Part shown: positions 61,201-64,000 of the stretch, one piece after another
Position numbering within the stretch: position 1 is the stretch's first letter
How the letters are laid out: each line of letters opens with the position of its first letter
Source of the DNA: Mytilus trossulus
Lineage: Eukaryota
NCBI RefSeq assembly: GCF_036588685.1
Contig: NC_086381.1
Span: forward strand, 24,180,001 to 24,244,000
Direction: 5' to 3'
DNA length: 64,000 nt
Made by a program: the position numbers and the translations under genes
Notes under the pieces: generated by a model
What the model saw: the letters and a program-made list of their open reading frames with translations, nothing else
Told to the model about the DNA's origin: nothing
Database searches by the model: none

Positions 61201-62948
61201 CCCTTTAAATTGAAAATATACAAAGACTCACTGCAATCGTGCCAATAATTGAAATCATTTCATGGTGAACTACAAGCATTTGGGACAGTATTTTGTTTAG
61301 CTGTTACTAGGCATTTGCTTAAAATAGTATCTAAGACATAAACAGTGTTTTTTTCTCAAGTTTATGCTGTTATGAAAAATAAGGTTGTTTTCAGATTTAC
61401 ATATTTATTAGTACCAAAGTTCCTGGATCAAGTTGTTTATTGTTTATATTTTTACACAAATTAATGCTTTTCTATATATTTGTGTTTATATCCCTTTTGT
61501 ATAATGATTGTTATAATCAGAAAATGATGTCAGGATTTTATTTTAAAGATGACTTGGTAAATGTTTTCATATAATATCAAGTGTTGTTCTTACAAGGAGG
61601 AGTTCTACATTTTTTATAAAACTATTTTCTATATTGATTAGTTAATGGAAATGTTTGCCATCTGTTGAACTTTCAATAGATTTAAGAATGATTCACCAAT
61701 AAGAGGAATAACAAGACAATATATTTATATATATCTTATGTATATTGTGTAAGCATTTACAGAAATTTATTTCTGATAATATTATTACAAGAAATGATTT
61801 TGATAATCATGGTAATTAACTATTGATAATGCATATCAAATTCTTTCAAAACAAAGACATTGATCAGCAGTAAAATTAGATAATACAACGGTGCCTTTGA
61901 TTGGAATGTCATTAGTTTTTAGGGAAAAGATGCATGAATACAGGAAATCTTTCAAATGTAAAAATTCTAAAACAAAATGATTCTTCTCCATATGCATCTT
62001 TGATGAAAGTCAATATTCACATATGGCACCGATTAAAATTATCTCTTGAATAATAATAATAACTTTCTGTGATACTATCAATAGTGCATTCCATCTCACA
62101 ATGAGATATGTGATTCCTTATAATTGTTTTATACCTACATTTTATTGAACCAAAGGCAGTAAACAGTTGTTGTCTTTCCACATAGTCTTATTGACAGCAT
62201 TTAAAAACCAGAGACAGAAATTATCATGTTATATTTGATAGGCTGTGAGGTGTATTGTTATTGTTTTGGTTTGCAGTATAAATTACACAAAGAAAAGGTT
62301 CATTATTATGTTGTGATTTCCTTAATTAAAGGAGTTTTCCTTAAAAATTGTAGGCATTCTAAATGCATAGTGCATTTTTTTAAAGTTTGTTTGAAAATCA
62401 TGGTAGTACGTTTTGTTATTTAGCTTTCATATAATCAGCAATAAGAACAGTCACAATCATAACTAATTGTTAAAGAATCAACCTGTAAATACTTTTATAT
62501 TGAATGTTAAAACTGCAAAACTATGGAATTGGTGATTGTAAATGAACAATACTTTATGAAAACATGTATTACTATGCTCTTTGAATAAAAAAAAACAAAT
62601 ACAATATGCTTTGTCTTAATTATGACTTGAATTGAATACAAATGTAATAAACATTATCCTATGTGTATTACTTTACTTGTGGACTCCCTACCAAAAATAA
62701 AAACGCTTTCAAAAGTATCCCCTGCAGTAAATAACATGTTGCATAACATACTAAATTAGAAGCATTATTACTGGTTATCCCATATTTCATTAGATTGCTT
62801 GGAATTGCATTCACAAGTAAGTCACAGACATTAATTGCCTTGCTTTAGAAGATCTTTTACAAGGAAAATCCTAGACATTTATATTTGAGTAGAAGCATTG
62901 GAACAAAGTTGTATTGGATTTGGTCTTCCAACTGATTTCATTTTATTG

Positions 62949-62980
62949 CCACTGATGATTCTTATGTGGACAAAACATCA
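62949..62980 (+). ncRNA. Degenerate hammerhead ribozyme motif
   Basis: cactgatgattcttatgtggacaaaac vs cactgatgagtcttatgtagacgaaac at 30960 (3 mismatches in 27 nt, including the G of GAAA). Confidence 0.45.
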
Positions 62981-64000
62981 AACTTGTGCAACAAATATTA
63001 AGCCTAGAAATGATAATGTTTTCAATTGCTGAAGAAATTTTTCTTTGGAATTAACCAGTAATTTGCAGACCATTTGATGTGAAGTCTGTTTAGGGAATAC
63101 TTTTGTTCAATCTGTATGACAGTGATTATACTGGTTTTCATTGATAGAAGATCACATTTGATCCTAGCGAAAAAAATCACTGACAAGAGAAAGATGACTA
63201 TGCAAAACAAAAGTGTGAATACCTTAAAATTAGATTTTGAGCAATGAAATAAATAGAATCCTCAATGTATTCATAATACTTGTATAGGGAATTCTCTAGA
63301 AATTTTTAATCCCTGATTCGATGGTAAAAACTGTGATGAATAATTATGAAATAGTGGAGCAATTCTGTAGGCACTGTAGTGTCCTGTTTGTAATCTATGT
63401 TGGAAGGATTTAATGTGGTGGTCTCGTGAATGGTTTTAATACTTTTATATTAAATGCATTCGTCATAGCGACACAAAAACTTTACAGAGGAGCCTGCATA
63501 AACTACCCTTTCTTTCATTGTTGGAGAGTACCAGCCTAAATGAAACAACAAGTTCTGGCAGTGAGGTCACAAAATGATACTATCCCACTTGGTATCAGAT
63601 TTCGAGAGTTTAAATACTTCCTTGTATCTGATTTTTTTTAAAAAGAACCCAATTGTTAAGATTGCTTTCAATTGGGTCACTGGTAATTTAAGATCTATGA
63701 AATTTTAATCAATTTATCCTTTTGTTTGCCATTGGTAACTTCACCCCATCCTAGACTTTTTGTCTGTAAATAACGTACCAATTCAATAAAATAACAAAAT
63801 ATACTTGTATACGTTAAACTACTTCATCTGTTCTACGAAATAAACTCAAGATCTAAATAACCAATTGGGATTCTAAAACACTTATTCCACCTCTAAAATT
63901 CTCCATGCATTTTCGATTGGTACCACTGTTGTTGTGGTTGGTATTGGTTTGGTAGGCGGCTTACTTGTGTAGTAATTGTGCCTTAAATTAATTGTAACAA

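Overview
AT-rich, intron-containing animal genomic DNA. The repeat complement (350-nt hammerhead retrozyme, DINE/pearl-type element, bivalve-type SINE-like repeats) points to a bivalve, probably a Mytilus-type mussel; this is inference. Four host genes were reconstructed by hand from GT-AG splice sites. (1) The first three coding exons of a natriuretic-peptide-receptor/receptor-guanylyl-cyclase-family gene (- strand, runs off the left edge). (2) A complete 12-exon, 511-aa DDC-like aromatic amino acid decarboxylase-family gene (18640-28265, +). (3) ETFRF1/LYRM5 (88 aa, -). (4) A 531-aa NHERF-family scaffold with three PDZ domains and an ERM-binding-type tail (49416-58223, +). The rest is transposon-derived: a four-level nest (tRNA-SINE > hairpin element > young non-autonomous Gypsy LTR element > DNA-element fragment), a 5'-truncated LINE with an intact ORF2, MITEs, satellites and a hammerhead retrozyme. 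Top candidate for new biology: the DDC-like enzyme has Asn rather than the PLP-stacking His at position 192, the diagnostic residue of insect DOPA-aldehyde (DHPAA) synthases, while keeping DDC-type Y79-F80, K303, Y332 and G352. This suggests a molluscan aldehyde synthase or bifunctional enzyme that would normally be annotated as ordinary DOPA decarboxylase.
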